Source: Bilabrum cf. latius (lineage: Eukaryota). From it: 64,000 bases of DNA. A program made the position numbers and the translations under genes. The notes beneath the pieces were generated by a model. The model did no database searches and was not told the DNA's origin. It worked only from the letters and a program-made list of their open reading frames with translations. The first letter of the stretch is position 1, and each line of letters starts with the position of its first letter. Location of the stretch: contig OZ237754.1 of NCBI GenBank assembly GCA_965178125.1, forward strand, positions 1 through 64,000, read 5' to 3'. Below are positions 12,504 to 26,500 of the stretch, piece after piece.

Positions 12504-14591
12504 TCAATTTGACGCAATATGCCCACTGATCAACTGGCCTCCATGGGCGGCCACAGCTGCACCACCGTCTTGTTTGAGGAAGCAAATCTTCCGTCCGACG
12601 TCATAGGTGAAATGCGAGCACCTACGGTCTCTTTCGCAGTGCTTGCAGCATTCATCAACTGTTGCTGTCTGGACATCTCTGATATCGGTATTGCAGCTCG
12701 GACAGCCTCGCCAGTCCATCGCGATCTGCAGACCGCAAGATTTCCGACGCTTGGACCCTGCTGCATCTGCTAGACCCTCCAACTCTCGATTCTCTCCCAC
12801 AAGCCAAGGAAGCTGCGACAGGACGGTGTCTGTCTCGCGGCACGTCTGGGACGACCAGAACGGCTGCGTGCAAGTGAACCCACTCGCAACCGCGACTGCA
12901 CCACTACCCGCGCGTGCACCGTCTCCTGCCACGTACCCAAACCTCCTAAGGCCATCCTTCGCGGCCTGATCCAGAGCTTCAAACTCTGAGGCTCGCTGGG
13001 TCGCGGGACCGTCCTGCCCAGAGGCCACCCCGTACTCGACTCGCCACTTCCCAAAGCGGCTCTGCACCCCTCTGGCGAACCGAGCCGAGGCTTCCTGGAT
13101 TGATGCCGGGGAGAACTTGTCCCCGGGCCCGGCTCCTGCAGCTTCTTCAAGTTGTGCAGGATTGCTCCCCCCGGTGAACCCCTGCGAGTGGGAGCCCTGG
13201 GACTGCCAGTAGTGCGGGGACAGCATGCAGCACAGCTACTCATCCGACCTTGGGCTCCCCACCAGATCGGCCAGGCGCTTCAGAGCCGCCCATCGAGCGC
13301 TCACCGAACCCAGCAGCAAGTCCTCCACGCGAACCACTGCATACTCCGACAAGCGCCTAGGGTGGCCTTGCACATTCAGGCCGGAGCCGACAGCCACGCT
13401 AGGCGCGCTGAAGGCAGACACGATGACCTGGGGCTCTTTGCTTCCGGCGCTCTGGCTCCGGCGCTGCATAGCCCAATCAAGCGTGGCAGTGTTCCAGCGA
13501 GACCAAAGCAAGGCGGCCTTGGCTCGTTGACCTGCCCGGGCAGCCTCAGCGGTTTCCAGCGAGTTGTCTGACCCGAACAGAGGGCCCCAGAACTTCTGCA
13601 CCGGGCTCGTGTTGCCGCTCATTGCTATGTCCCTTCCGTCTCGGACCACGTGAATAAGGCGGACCGGTGCATGCCATCGAGCAAGCATGGGGAATATGGA
13701 CAGGCTAGCTGGGGCCTTGAACCCCCACGGCGCACCTACGGCTAAACCACGCGTCTCGCTGGTCTAGCGAGAGCCAGACTGCGCAGCTGCTTGGAGCAAC
13801 TCCTGGCCCTTGCCTCTAGCCTTGCGCATGAGTCGGTCAACCATGGCGCGGGAGGACTCACGCACGCCGGGTGCTAGCTTATCAGGGTCGTACTGCAGCG
13901 TTCCTGCCGCCCGTAGGAGCGGATCTACCAGTGCGGGCCACCCGCCCGTGCCAATCTCGTCGGGAGCATCTCCATGCAAATCAAGTGTAGTGATGTCAGA
14001 ATGGACTAACGGGCACCCGAGCAACTAAAGCAGATTTGCAACCATTCGAGTGCCGCTTCCATCGCTTCCGCCAACAACGTACGGCATTGCTTCGGCTAGC
14101 GCAGGGCGTTCTACCCTTGAGGGACCCTACTAAGCCAAATACGCATCTTTATTGCCAGCCTTATGCTCCTGCCTTTTTCCTTGTGATCTGTCACTTGTTC
14201 CTACGGCCGTGTCGACTTTGGGCGCCGATATCGAATTGTCATTGCCAGTGGCAGGCGCATCAACACGATCTTGCGACCCACTTCGATCTGGTCTATCCAA
14301 GTTAATCTCCATCTTGGGTTTGCTCAGGCCTCCTTGCATCACACGGGGCTGAACAGGGTTGCCAGTAGTGCGAATCGGAGTAGGCGCTGGGATCCACGCT
14401 TTGGCGAGCTACTGGCGCGCGACTCCAGCCCGCGGCCGCCCAACAAGATGATTAGTAGAAGATTCGTGAGAAGGCAGCAACCCGGCCACAAGCAGAGCCA
14501 GGACAACCCCTGTCAATATTGCAGCAACAGCTGCAAGCGTTGCCCTCGAGTTGCAATTGAACTGGCGAGCTGAATGTCGGCTATGCTACAT
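12504..14591 (-). CDS. Type II membrane sulfotransferase with C-terminal PAN/Apple domain (~695 aa)
   Basis: Four same-frame ORFs join through TAG. N-terminal TM (LAAVAAILTGVVLALLVAGLL), PAPS loop VVGGSDGSGTR, WGFKAP, IHVVRDGRDIAMS, Apple-type ECCKHCERDRRCSHFTY...CFLK. Ends TGA. Confidence 0.85.
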
Positions 14592-14755
14592 GTTTCCATT
14601 AGCAGCTGTGCTTCCTTTCCTTGACATCTGATATATGCGAGATGTGGCTTAAGATTATGTCGTACTTGACAGGTCCACCACACCACAAATGTGCAGTGCA
14701 ATAAATCACCATCACAACTTGAACGACCCACTGGCAACTAAAACTTCTAAGCTTG

Positions 14756-16732
14756 TTAAGCTTTCGGCTATAATTTTGGGGCCCTGGTGCATGCCTACAC
14801 AGAATTTCCCGCAAGGGATTGCTGCGTGTGCTCGCCGAGCATGCCTGAGGCGAGCAGTGGCCAGGAGCCCCAGCCGCTCGGGGGTAGCCCAACGCCAAGT
14901 CTAGCGCGGCCCATCCGCGCCCCATCGGCAGTATGGTTCACAGCAGTTTCCGGAAGCTATGTACCTCGGTCGAATCCGTTGAGTACATCTACTGCGTGCC
15001 TCTCCTCGAACCCCTGGTCCATAGCACCTTGCCTGCCCTTGCCGAGCAACCCAGCCTGCTTCTGCAGGCCGGTTTCAGCAGCGTGCGCCGCTTCCACGAC
15101 CTTGGGGTCCGCAGGATCCTCGCCAGACAGCCCATGCCCCGCGATAGAAAACCCCTGGAAAGCTGCGTGCCACCATGCATAGCACCTCTCCAGCGCGGCG
15201 CACATGGGCTTGGATGCCGTGGATATGCGCTGGGGCCCTGCTGGCCCGCACTCTTCCCTCATTTCAGTGGCGATCTGCGAGTGGGTGAGGCTGTCTGCGA
15301 TCGATGCACTGACACTCAGTGTCTCGTCCAGGCTCTCTGTCTGATGCCACCAGTCCATCGGGTAGTACAGCGCATCCCCGGGGCCAACTGTGTCCAGGTA
15401 GCACCGCGCCTACCGGAAGCGAGGGGCTCGCGAGTAGTCTGGCTTAAAAGCGTCTACTCTTCCGGCGTCATACATGAAGGACCGCTGGGCAGGCGCGCAT
15501 ATGTGCCACCGCTTGTGCCCCATCACCTGCACCTGCCACGAGGAGGTCCTGATCACATCCCAGTGGTTGAACATGCCCGCCCCGCGGCTGCCGATGAGAG
15601 CCATCTTCCAGTGGGTGCTGCGCAGAAACTCGTTCCTCAGCTGGTCATCGGGGAAACAGGCCCGCAGCCAGGACTGGTCCGCCTCAAACCTCGCCGGCAG
15701 CACCCCGAGCAAAGCGCGCACACTCTGCCACTGCTCCCAGGCCAGGTTCAGCTACAGATACACGGACCCGGGGCGGCGAGGCGAGCGCCTCAGCATAGTC
15801 TTCTCCGGTGGTCGCCTGAACTCATCTGCCGCTTGCCAGAGAGGCACCATCCAGGGTGACACGGCCGTGGCCTCCATGTTGTGCGGGTAGGCGTCTACCG
15901 GCATGTCGGGGAAGCGCTCCAGAAACCACGCCAGGCTGAGGTTGCGCCACCCGCCTGCCTCCGTAGACCCCACAGATGCGTGTTCATGCGGCCCGCGCCA
16001 CCCCATAGAGAGTTCGTCCTCATCGGATATGCCTTCGATCCCAGGTCCGCCCCAGCTACGTAGCTGTGACAAGCCCGTCAGACGGAATGGGATTGTGCCG
16101 CCGCGGAAGGGGGCAGCTTTCGATCCTCCCAGAATAAATTCCTTAACATGAATAATCGGAAGCGGAAGCACCACATGTTCGAATTTTTCGGGGTTGTTAA
16201 GGTCAGGATCGTCGAAATAGTTCAGATCCTCAGCTTTAGACTAGTTGACAGTGCTTGCCATCGCCTAGACCAGCTCTTCGTCTTTTTGTGGCCTACGGAG
16301 CCTCACTGCTGGAGGAAATGGTTTGCTTGGAACCGATTGATTACTGGTCCCGCGAGCTTGCTGCCGAGATCGGCCCGCGGCGTGCCTTCGCTGGTCGTTT
16401 CGAGCAGCTCTGGTCTCCATGTATTTCTCAAGGTCATCCTTGTTTCTACGAGCATCTTCGTTTGCAGGATCCTTCACAAGGGCCAACTCAAATCGAGCCA
16501 TTGCTTCTTCTAGCTTGCCTTGACGCATCAGCACGACGCCATAATTATTGTTGAGTAGCGCGTTGCTCGGATACAGTTCGAGGCCCTCAAGGAAGACTGC
16601 GGCCGCTTGTGACATCTACCCCGATTTTGCAAAGCTCAGTCCTTTATCATTCATATCCTTCGGCGGAGCTACGATTGCAGTGCCGAGGCACGAGGCGTGG
16701 GCTAGTAACAGTGCCACGTAAAACAGCCGCAT
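14756..16732 (-). CDS. Signal peptide + TPR + JmjC 2-oxoglutarate/Fe(II) oxygenase (JMJD8-like, ~658 aa)
   Basis: MRLFYVALLLAHASCLG signal, TPR (NNYGVVLMRQGKLEEAMARFELALVKDP), JmjC FNHWD...QVMGHKRW...GDALYYPMDWWHQT. Joined through TAG, ends TAA. Confidence 0.85.
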
Positions 16733-16903
16733 TGCTGCCTGCCAATGGTGAAGTGTTCAGTCAGAATGCCCTTTAGACCAGAGAGAAACAATGCAAAAGT
16801 CTCGACGATAAAACAACAAATATACCGCAGTTCTGGCGAAATATGCCACGACAATGACCAGATGTTCGCGTGACTGGGTGCGCTCGTCACATGAGGCGAT
16901 GAG

Positions 16904-19900
16904 TCACTGCCACCCCACGGCTCGCCGAATCGGCTATTGCTGACCAGACGGGGTCCCATACGAGCCGCGGTCTGCATACCGTGCACCTGGCAGCAGCCCT
17001 GCCACGCCGTTCTGCTAGCCAGTGGCAGCAGCCACGGCATTTCCAGCGTACCTGCCTGCAGCGCGGCCGCCTCCTCCAGCCCTTGCGTGCGAGAAGCTGG
17101 CGGATTGTGGCTGCTCGTCGCTTGCACCTCCCTGTGCCCACCGAAGCCCAGGCCCAACCACAGCCTCCTGGCCAGCCACCTGCCCACTCCCCACGCGCCC
17201 CCTTAGTCCAGGCAGCGGCTTGCTCCCTCCACCGCGACCCCCGTAGCCTCCCACTTGCCACCTGCTACCGCCAGCCACGCTCCCGCTCCCGCTCCCGCTC
17301 CCGCTCCCGCTCCCTACCCCAGCCCCAGCCCCAGCGCCCGGCCGAGGCCCTGTCCTACCAATCGCCCCTGGCGTCGACGAAAATCCTAGCGCTCGGAAGC
17401 GGCCCGCTTCGGCATCTGCGCCACGACCAGGAGCCGAGCCCTCCCCCTGGCCCTTCCTGCCGTTTCCCGCTCTACCCTCGCCCGAAGCTGCTGCAGGCTG
17501 GGGCGAGCTTGCCCACCCGCCAGGACTGGCGCGCCCAAGACCCATGTGGCCCTAGTACCCGCTAATCCCACTTCCGTACCGGCCCCTCTGCTCTGCGACA
17601 GACCCGTCCAGGAGCTCAGCCATGGTGGTCGCGCTGCGGTCCCTGTCGCTGGCCCCGGCTGCATGCCGCCGCTGGTCATGCTGGATCGACCTGCGCAGCA
17701 GAGGAGGCAGTGCAGCATCATCCCAACCGGCGCCATTGGAGCTAGTAGCCCCAGAGCCCGCTCGCAGCCCCCCCGCAGCTCTGCTCCTGGCTTGGCCAGC
17801 TGCTGCCGCGGCCGGAGATGGTACTCTGGCTGGCACGTGCTCTCCAGCGCCTGGTGTCGCCTAATCCTGGAAAAATTGCTCGAAGGGATCGTCACTTTTG
17901 CTGCGACCGCTGCCGGGAGTCCCCGCGGCAGCGTGCCGTAGGAGGCTCTAGACGCCCCCGGCCCCTGCCCCCCCGGCAGTCGGATGCCTCTGCTACTGCC
18001 GAACGGACTGCACCCTGGGCGCGGCTGACCCGGCCCGGCGCCTAGCGAGAGCCTCAGCACCAGCCTGATCTCCGATGTTGCTGCGCTTCCGGGGTCTGCC
18101 TGCCGCCCCGCCAGCTCTTTTAGCGTAAGGGCTACTCTGCGGGTACCGCGAGGGGTCGGGTCGCATGCCTGGGGGCTCGCCTGCCCTGCCCCTGCGAGTC
18201 CTGCCCTGGTTAGACACAGAGGCAGACCGCACACCTCCCCGCAAACCTCGCTGCCTCGCCCCCCCGTGGCCGCTCGAGTCCCTGGGTCTCCCCGCCGCTG
18301 GCCCGTGCTCCTCCCCGCTTGGCGACTCTCCTGCAAATGCCGGTCCAGGGGCCATACCGAGTCCGTTCCGCTGCAGCACACCACCGGGCCCGGGGCTTGC
18401 ATGCAGCCCGCGCACTGGCTGGGCCTAGCCACCGCTGGCGGTGCCGGTCCGCCTGCCTCCACGGGCATTCCGTGATCGCTGCTACCGGCCCCTAGTCAGC
18501 CGTGACTCTGCCTCTCGGCCAAAGGCGGCCGCACCAGCGCGCTGGTGCTGGTGTTGCTGCTTCCCATCGGGGGTGAATGACCACGTGGGCTCCTATCCCG
18601 CGATGCCCCCGCCGTCTGCTGTGCCTCCCATGCGTGCCGCGGCTGCTGCTCTGTACCTACTGGCGGCAGCCCCACCGCCTCCGAACTGCGTCCGTGGTCT
18701 CGCCACTGCCCTCCTTGGGGGCAAGCCGTTGCGCTGGCGAGGACGCGCCGATGCTCGGGGCGCGGAAGAGCCGCCCCTGGGCGCGCCCGCTCCTGCTCCT
18801 GCTGCTCCTGCCCCCTGGTCCTGCAGGGTGAGAGGGGACGGAGCGATCGGTCTGCCCTTCCCCTATCGCAAGCCCCCGTCCATGTCACTCGCAGATGAGG
18901 AAGTGCTATCCCGAGGCGGCGCTGCCTTGGATGGGCCAACCGTGGAGGTTGCGTGCCCCGGTGCCCGCCCTCCTACCCCTAGCTGCACGATGGCCAGCGT
19001 CATGTTGTCCCTGCTGCCAAGCTCCAGGCAGTGGTCCAGCATGCAGGAGGCCGCACGGGCCAGGGGTGCAGCTGCAGGGGTAGCGGCAGCAGTGCCTGCT
19101 GGCAGAGCCACCCCCTTGTGCGCCTGCTGCCCGGCCGGTCCGTGGCCCTGTCGTGCCCCTTTGGGCACACCGCCCTTTGACCGGCATGCCTCCCGCGCAA
19201 ACCCAACCCCTTCTTCGGAGCTCATGACGTCCCATATGCCATCGCAAGCAAGCACCAGAAACTCATCAGATGGGTGGCGCGGCAGCGAGCGCACATCCGG
19301 CGCAGCTGTCACTGCCTGCGCTTCCGCCTCCAGGTCCGACCGGCCCTTGTACTCGTAGTCGCCCAGAGCTCGGCTGACAGCTAGTTCACCATTTACGCGC
19401 CCATTCGCAACCATCAGGCCAGCTCTCTGGATCCTCCTCCTCTCAGAGGGCGTGTCAGGTTTGTGGTCCTCGCTCATGGCGACCGCCCGGCCCGCGCGGC
19501 ACAGCACGGCCCGACTATCACCAGTGTTTGCAACCAGGATGTCTCGCGGCGTGATGAGACCAACGACTGCCGTGGAGCCAGCGTGCTCTACAGATGGCCG
19601 ATACAGGCGTTTTCGCAGCACTGCATCGATTTTCAGCATGGCTTTGTACAGCACCTCGCTCCACTCCTATGCCGACGACGCAGTCTTGTAGCCAGGAACA
19701 GAAGCCATCACAGAAACAAAATCAAGTGCGCTGCGATGTATCGATTCAGACGTCAGTAAAGGACACGGTCTCGAGACGCTACAGTCGGACAGCAGTGTAA
19801 CGGTATGGTGCCCAGCGCGAATTGCGTACACACCGCAAGGTATTAGTCGGCAAGAGGGTCAGGATGCGTGCATGTTTGCACGACCATCGATGCTCGGCTA

Positions 19901-20298
19901 AATCAATAGGATTGTGCATGCGCAATGGAGTGAGTCTTGCAAAGCCAGGCATGTCGCTCGTGCGGCTCGCTGGGGCATGATCTCACGCGGCTTGGGCCAC
20001 ACTAGCCCCACCATGCCCATCGAAGACCCCGAATATACTTGTGTCAGGGTGGTCAGGGATACCGATCACCGCACAGTGCGCATCCTGCGAGGTAAGCGGG
20101 ACTTCATCCGAAATCAACATTTTGTGCTGAGGGTCGCAGCACGCACCAACTGCTTCAGCGCAGCGCAAGACCCAGTAATGATCATACCTCCATTTCTCTC
20201 CGCCAGCCTTGCATGGATGCGACTCCACAGGCCAGGTCATGACCTTGCCTGCAGTCAAACTGCTTGTCGGTCTCTGGCTTGTCCAAAAAGTTGCCCAT
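16904..20298 (-). CDS. Protein phosphatase 2C (PPM family) with long Gly/Arg/Ala-rich C-terminal tail
   Basis: MGNFLDKP...SMQGWRREME|DAH, FGVFDGHGG, ANTGDSRAVL, DHKP, LAVSRALGD, ACDGIWDV, GSRDNMT. Introns 20187-20085 and 19986-19731. The tail reads through several TAG to TGA 16904. Confidence 0.92.
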
Positions 20299-20522
20299 AC
20301 CTGCACTCGGACTGCAATCGTTCCACAGACGCGATAAAAATTTAATTGGATTTTAAGCTACCGGCCTGCGGTCGTCCAAAATAGTCACTGCTTGAGTGCA
20401 AGGCTGGGAGATCGGCAACCAATTCGGCGATGAAAAAAGCACCCAACTTTAGGAAGTTCAAGCCTGATCCTTGAGTGGCTCCACTCGCTCTATTTGCAAG
20501 ATACTGAGGCTGCGTGTCTCAC

Positions 20523-23500
20523 ATGAGTTGCAGATGGCTATTGGTAAGTTTCCTCCTGCTTGATCATTGTGTTGATTCGACCTTCGAGCATTTCTTACGT
20601 GCATACCACTCCCGACCGTTTGATTTTCACTGGGTGTTGCTCACAGGGCAAAGACGCGTACGTTCCGGTGCTTCATCAAGAGTTAAACCGTCAAGATGCA
20701 TCTGCCGAAAAAGGATCATCATCCGGAGAGGACACAACTGAGCGTGGCGTTGGCTCTATGGAACTGCTCGCCATAGCAAGCGTTGATACCGGGGGGCCTG
20801 TCTAGAAGCAGTTCGTCCATTCTGCGCCGCAAAATGTAGAGGACCATACCCGTCGATCTCAATCGTATTGTGTTGCAGGTCGATGGGTTCCGGCAGGCCA
20901 AGCATCGGCATCTGGCCCAAAGCACGCAACTGCTCACTAGCTGCATTGCATTCTTGGAGCTGACAGAGTCCACATTATGAGGACATTCCATAGCCAGGAT
21001 GACCACCACATCTAGAGTGCTGACGATCTAGCCGCAGAAGAAGCAGACTTGCAGCGCGAAGTAGCAGTTGTGAAGTTGGGCTCTCCCCCGACTGCAGCAT
21101 CCTTCAGTCCCAACGGAGATTTGCTCATTGTTGGCGATGCGGAAGGACGAATTCACTTTGTTCTGAGCAGTGGAACTTTGCTTTTTACTTAGGACATCTT
21201 TGGGTCCCAAGGCCGGGGAAAATCCAAGAAGAAGCTCAAGGAGAGCGAGTAGGCCACCAGTGTTGTCGATGTCTCCTTCTTGTGCCCTCCTCCCATGGAG
21301 GCGTCGTAGATGCCCACTGCTCCCCTGCTTGTGGTAGGTGCTGGTGCTAAGGCATTGCTTCTGTCTGGAATCCGTCCCGCCCAGCTTATTCGGGCGGCCA
21401 CCCAAGGAGACGTGGAGCGACTGCGGGCCCTGCGGTCTCAGGTCAAAGTGGCCTCTGTGAGGCCTGACATCCTGCGGGACGATGCTGATAAAGGGGATGT
21501 AGGAACTGATTCGCAACCCGTCAAATCAGAAGCAAACATTCGGGCCCGTTTTCATTGGACGGACAATGGCCCAGTCGTGCTTGCAACCGTGCAAGGGCCG
21601 CATAGTGAGTCGGTCCGGGTCTTCTCGTTCGATGATGGGCAATACCCCGCGCTGGATGCTGGGGGCGACAATCGCGGCGGAAAATCTAGCGATGCAGGCC
21701 TGGGGCTAGGCCTGGGCCTTGGTCTTGGCCTAAGTGAGGATGATGCGGATGAGGCAAGCGCGGCCGAGGGGCGCAGCATGGCACCTGGGGCAGCGGCACC
21801 TGGGGTGTCAACTTTGAGTTTTCTTTTTGAGGTCGGGTCGCTGGGGGGCATTTGCAGGCATGCCCGCTTGAATCGTACCGGGGATCGCGTGTTAGTAGTG
21901 CATGGAGACAAGCCAGGTTGCTAGATAATGCCTATTGGATCGGGTGGTGCAGCTAGCGCCAGCGCAGGCGAGGGCGACGTATGGTCGTACGTTCCACCGG
22001 AAGGGTACTTTGTGGTGCAAGCCGAACCTTCGAATCAAGTGGCCGAAGCATGCATGGCACGCGTGCAGGCTGGTGCGTCCTCGCCAGATTCTGCCGGCAG
22101 GCAGCTCGTTGCTCTGGCCATAGTGAGTCGCTCCCCAGGCGCAGACAAGCCCGAGCCATCGTTTTGGATAGTTGGTCTGGCCGCACCTGAGCATGGCAGC
22201 TCGAAGCTTGTGCCAATTGACTGTGTGGCCATTCCTGCGATTGGCACCGAACCGGATGTCCACTCGCAGGCATCACAGCGAGCTATGCGTTAGGCCCCGC
22301 TGGCGATCCACGTAGAGCAGTCATCTGGGTGCCAGTTCGGTAGCATATGCCTGGCATCTTTGGCAAGATCGCCAGCAACTCTTTCAGACGACGCCGAGAC
22401 AGATGATCAGGGTCGCGATTGGGTGGTTCTATCAGATCTGGTAGAGACGGACCCAGTGGCACGGTTGGAGTTTCTGGCTTGCCAGGACATGGTGCCCAGG
22501 GCAGCGCTCGCTTCTTTAAACGTGTCCAACGGATCAGTAGTATCTCCCTGCATTGGCGAGACATTGGATAGTCCTACGGCAGCTGAGTGGGCAGAGTAGC
22601 TTGGCATTGACGATCTTGATGTGTGCCGAGCGAAGGCTGCAGTGGCAGCCCGCTGCGTGTCTCTGGCTACAATTGTCCGAGCTGGTAATTCGGGGCCCCA
22701 CATAAGTGCACTAGATGACATGCCAACGATGCGTGACCTCGCAGAAATGCTGGATCACCTATCAGGCGACCCTCTGTTTGTAGCGGAAGTGTGCACCTCT
22801 GCAATCGGCAGTTCGAGGGAAGACGTTCGAAACATTTTGGACTACGCCGTGGCTGCATGCGAAGCGTAGGCGAGAGAGCGGCGAGATGCTCCGAAGGCTG
22901 GAGCCGAGGACGAGACGTCTGAACTTTTTGGAGCCTCTGATGGCCTTTCTTTCGCTCTTGATATGCGACAGCGATGGCAAGCGTTTGAGAAAGCGTTCGC
23001 GGCAGCGCCTGCTGGCACGTCGCCGGATTTCGATGTCTATCGCTGGCAGCGCTGGTCCAAAGGCACACTTGTGGATGCATTTGCAGACGTTAGTCGTGTC
23101 GGCAATGCAAGCGGTATGATTGAATTTTGGAATTTGTGTGGATCCACCGGACTAGCTACGACTCCTGGGTTCCACCAAGCCGTCTGTGCGTGGCCTCGAA
23201 GTGCCAGCCCGGTACCAGCCGCTTGGTTGCAATGGTTTTCATTGAGTATTCTTCCAGTCATTTCGAAGGAATCCGCACCTGAAGTAGCTAGCTGGCTCGT
23301 TGAGCATGGTCTGGCAGCCATCGAGGCGCAGGATCCCACCCTGGCGGTTGCTTGCCTCAGAGCCGCTAAGGGAATCGCGTAGCCGATACGTAGGGGCGCA
23401 TCGTCATGCGCTGCTGCCATCACGTCATCGTCTTGCTTGGACGTACTCAATGTTGTGTCTTGTCATGCTTCTCCGCTGCTCCTGAGTGACGATATTTCGC

Positions 23501-26500
23501 TTGAAGCTAGCGAGGTCAACGAAGTGCGGTCCTCAGCGATGGGCCCGTCGCTGCTGGTTGACGACGACGGGACGGAGCTGAAATCGCCGACCTAGCTCTG
23601 TGCACAAGTTGAGATGGAGTTGCGCGCTCCATAGGGACACGGACACAGCGAAGTCCTCGAACAGCTTTCCGACTGCGTGGATGACCTCTGCTGGCTGGTA
23701 GAGAAAATATCCATGGACTGCAGCCTAGCTGAATTAGCTTCGTCCAGTGCTAGAGATGTTGGTGTCGAACTGATTCACAGAGCTTTGGAATCAAATAGTC
23801 GTTCAAACGTGCTCGACAGTGCACGGCAATGGAGTACCCGGAAGTCTACGTCGATGGACGCTGTGCTCGCAGCCTACATTCGAGACATTGGTCGAGCCTC
23901 CGAGATTGCAAGCGAGGCCGAGGCAGAGCAGCACCCCAATGCTGCAGGCCAGGGTGCACCAAATGGTGCCTGGTCCAAGCCTGCAGCAGGAGGTACTGGA
24001 GATAATAGTCATGCTCCCATGAGAAGCAATGCTGATCATCCTGGCTGGCGGACGCTATTCATGGCTTGCGGCACCACACTTGAGCGCCAGGTATTCGTTC
24101 GTGGCCTCTTCGAAAATCTTTCAGTTGAGGTCGCTTCTATAGTTGCCGCGTAGAACGGTGACTTGTGGCACAGCGGTGGTCATGACCTGTCAATCATTAA
24201 GGCATCCAATTCGACTCGGCATACGCATACCCACTTCTTGGATTCGTACTTTGCGCTGAGCCGTCGAATGAGCAACATTTATGCGCCATCACAGCTCCAC
24301 CAGTGGGTAATGAGGGCAAGGACAGATCCCGCGGTGCTATCGGCTGTGCTCCGCACGTTGGCCGCTCGCGAGGCGGCCTCCATGAAAAGTTCAGCGGGCG
24401 TAGCGGTGCTGCAAGGGGTTTTGCATAAGACTGCTGTGGCAATTGGGATGCCCTTGTTTTCACTAGCCACAGCTGACACATCTAAGTCGCACGCCTCAGC
24501 TTCTATGGAAAGGCTACTGTCAAGAGCTGCGTGTGATCGAGTTGCCCTCGCGGCAATTGATGTACAACGCGCCAACACGGCTGGGGTGGTTGCTCGCCTG
24601 ACGAATTCCGACCGGCAGTGCGGCAAAGCAGCAGAGTAGCAGGTGCAGGCAACTTTGGGCCAGTTTAGGAGTATTTCTCGGGACCCTCTCCACCGCACAC
24701 GATCAGACTCGAGCATTGCTGCCGGTTTACAGAGATTGCAGCGAATTTCGATGTTGAAGCTCTCGGCAAGACCGCAGTGTGTCAATGCCCGAGAGCAGCC
24801 AGGCGAGGCCCGCGCTGGCGGTGAGTGTATGGGCCATGATTCGCAAGAACTGTTTGCCATGCTTCGGTTTGGGCGCGGTGCGCTGCAGCTCTCCGCCAAA
24901 GGGGTTGCAACAACTGCAAGATCCGTAACAGATTTCAAGCGCTTCGATGGCTCCGGTGCTACGAGGCACCACCTTTGCCAGGATATGCGATCTGCAGGCT
25001 GCGAGGTAGACGTCTTGCAGCTAACCGAAGAGGGAGAGTACGGGGTCTCCCTCGTGCGATCGGGCAGTGGCACTCAGATGCCAGCCTCTTCTGAAAGCAG
25101 TGGCGCCGTAGCTCGCAGCATCAGCAGCAGCAGCAGCAGCAGCAGTAGACGCGGGCTGAGTTCGAAGATATTTGCGGGGCGACCCAAGCCATCGGCACCC
25201 AAGAAAATACCGACGGAGGAGCGCTCTAGACCGGTGGCGGAGTATCGACGAGGATCAGAGTCTGCTGACACCGCCCACACAACGAAACGTGGTGGTACTC
25301 CGGCACTAGCACCTGCCATACCGAGACTTCGAGCGGTGTCCTGCGGCTACGAGACCACCAGGTTGCTCCGGCGGTACAAGCCAGGTGCTCTGGTTTTGCC
25401 GTCTCGATTGGCTCGCAACTTGCTGTCCAAAGTGTCCGCACGGTTCGGACAACTCGGTAACGCGAGACTGTGCAGTCCTACGGGGTCGGTTTCACCATCT
25501 TGGATGCAACTGTCGTCTCAACTGGCCAAGCACGGAGCCGTCCAACTGGCTGCTCGGGCAAGTGTTTCCGCAGCGCTCACTACGACAGTAGCCATTTCTG
25601 ACGAGGACGACCGTGTGCTGACTAACCACTGGGGTAATGAGGCCAGTGCAGAGTTGACGGAGCATCTTAAGGTTGTGCACGACCACATGGATGGCGATGG
25701 TGGGGTGGCAATGCCGGCTAGTCTAGTAGGAGCCCTCCTTGAGATGTTTCATGCTGAGTATAGCACCGCTGGTGGTTTCGAGATGAATGATAACGACGCC
25801 TGTGTACAATTTGCTTGCTTTGAAGCCGCTACTCGCGCTGGTGATCCCGCTGCAGCCGAGCAAGCAGCTCGGTCCAATAGATTGGCTCGCTGGGTTCCTC
25901 GACTTCGCGCCGTTGGGCTAGACACTGAAGCACTCCTCGACGCGTATAGGGGTGGCATTGATGCTGATTCAAGCGTGCTCAGTGTCCCTGTCTCAGCTTC
26001 AGGTCACACCATCGTGGGAACAGGCGAAATGCGAGAGCTTTCTGCAGCCCAACTCCAGTTGCTATTCCGAGGCGCAGGCTTCAACTTTCGGGCTGTGCGG
26101 CAGTACCTGCAGACACTAGGGGCAGACGAGGTAAGGTCGCGGAGGGCATTCTTGGATTCACTTCTTGCTGGGACAGAGTCGCAGAGTGCCAATGCAAGCC
26201 TGCAGGTTGACGGCGTGGGCGGGGAGGCGCATCTCGTAGCATGGCGACGACGAGCCACCGAGGCGATGTCAAGCATGCTGATTCCTGATGCAGTTGCCTG
26301 CCTTGGGGAGAGACTGCCTGGAATCAATCCGACTGATTACTCAAGACTCGTGTTTGCAATGGGTTCCGTGCACGAACTGCGCCCACGGGACGCACAGATT
26401 CGAAAGGCGCTTGCCGTCGGTCGGCTTGCAATGGCTATTCGCCCTTTGCGCCGCGTGACAGCACAACGTCAAGCGGTTCGATTGTAGTCTCTCGTGCAAG

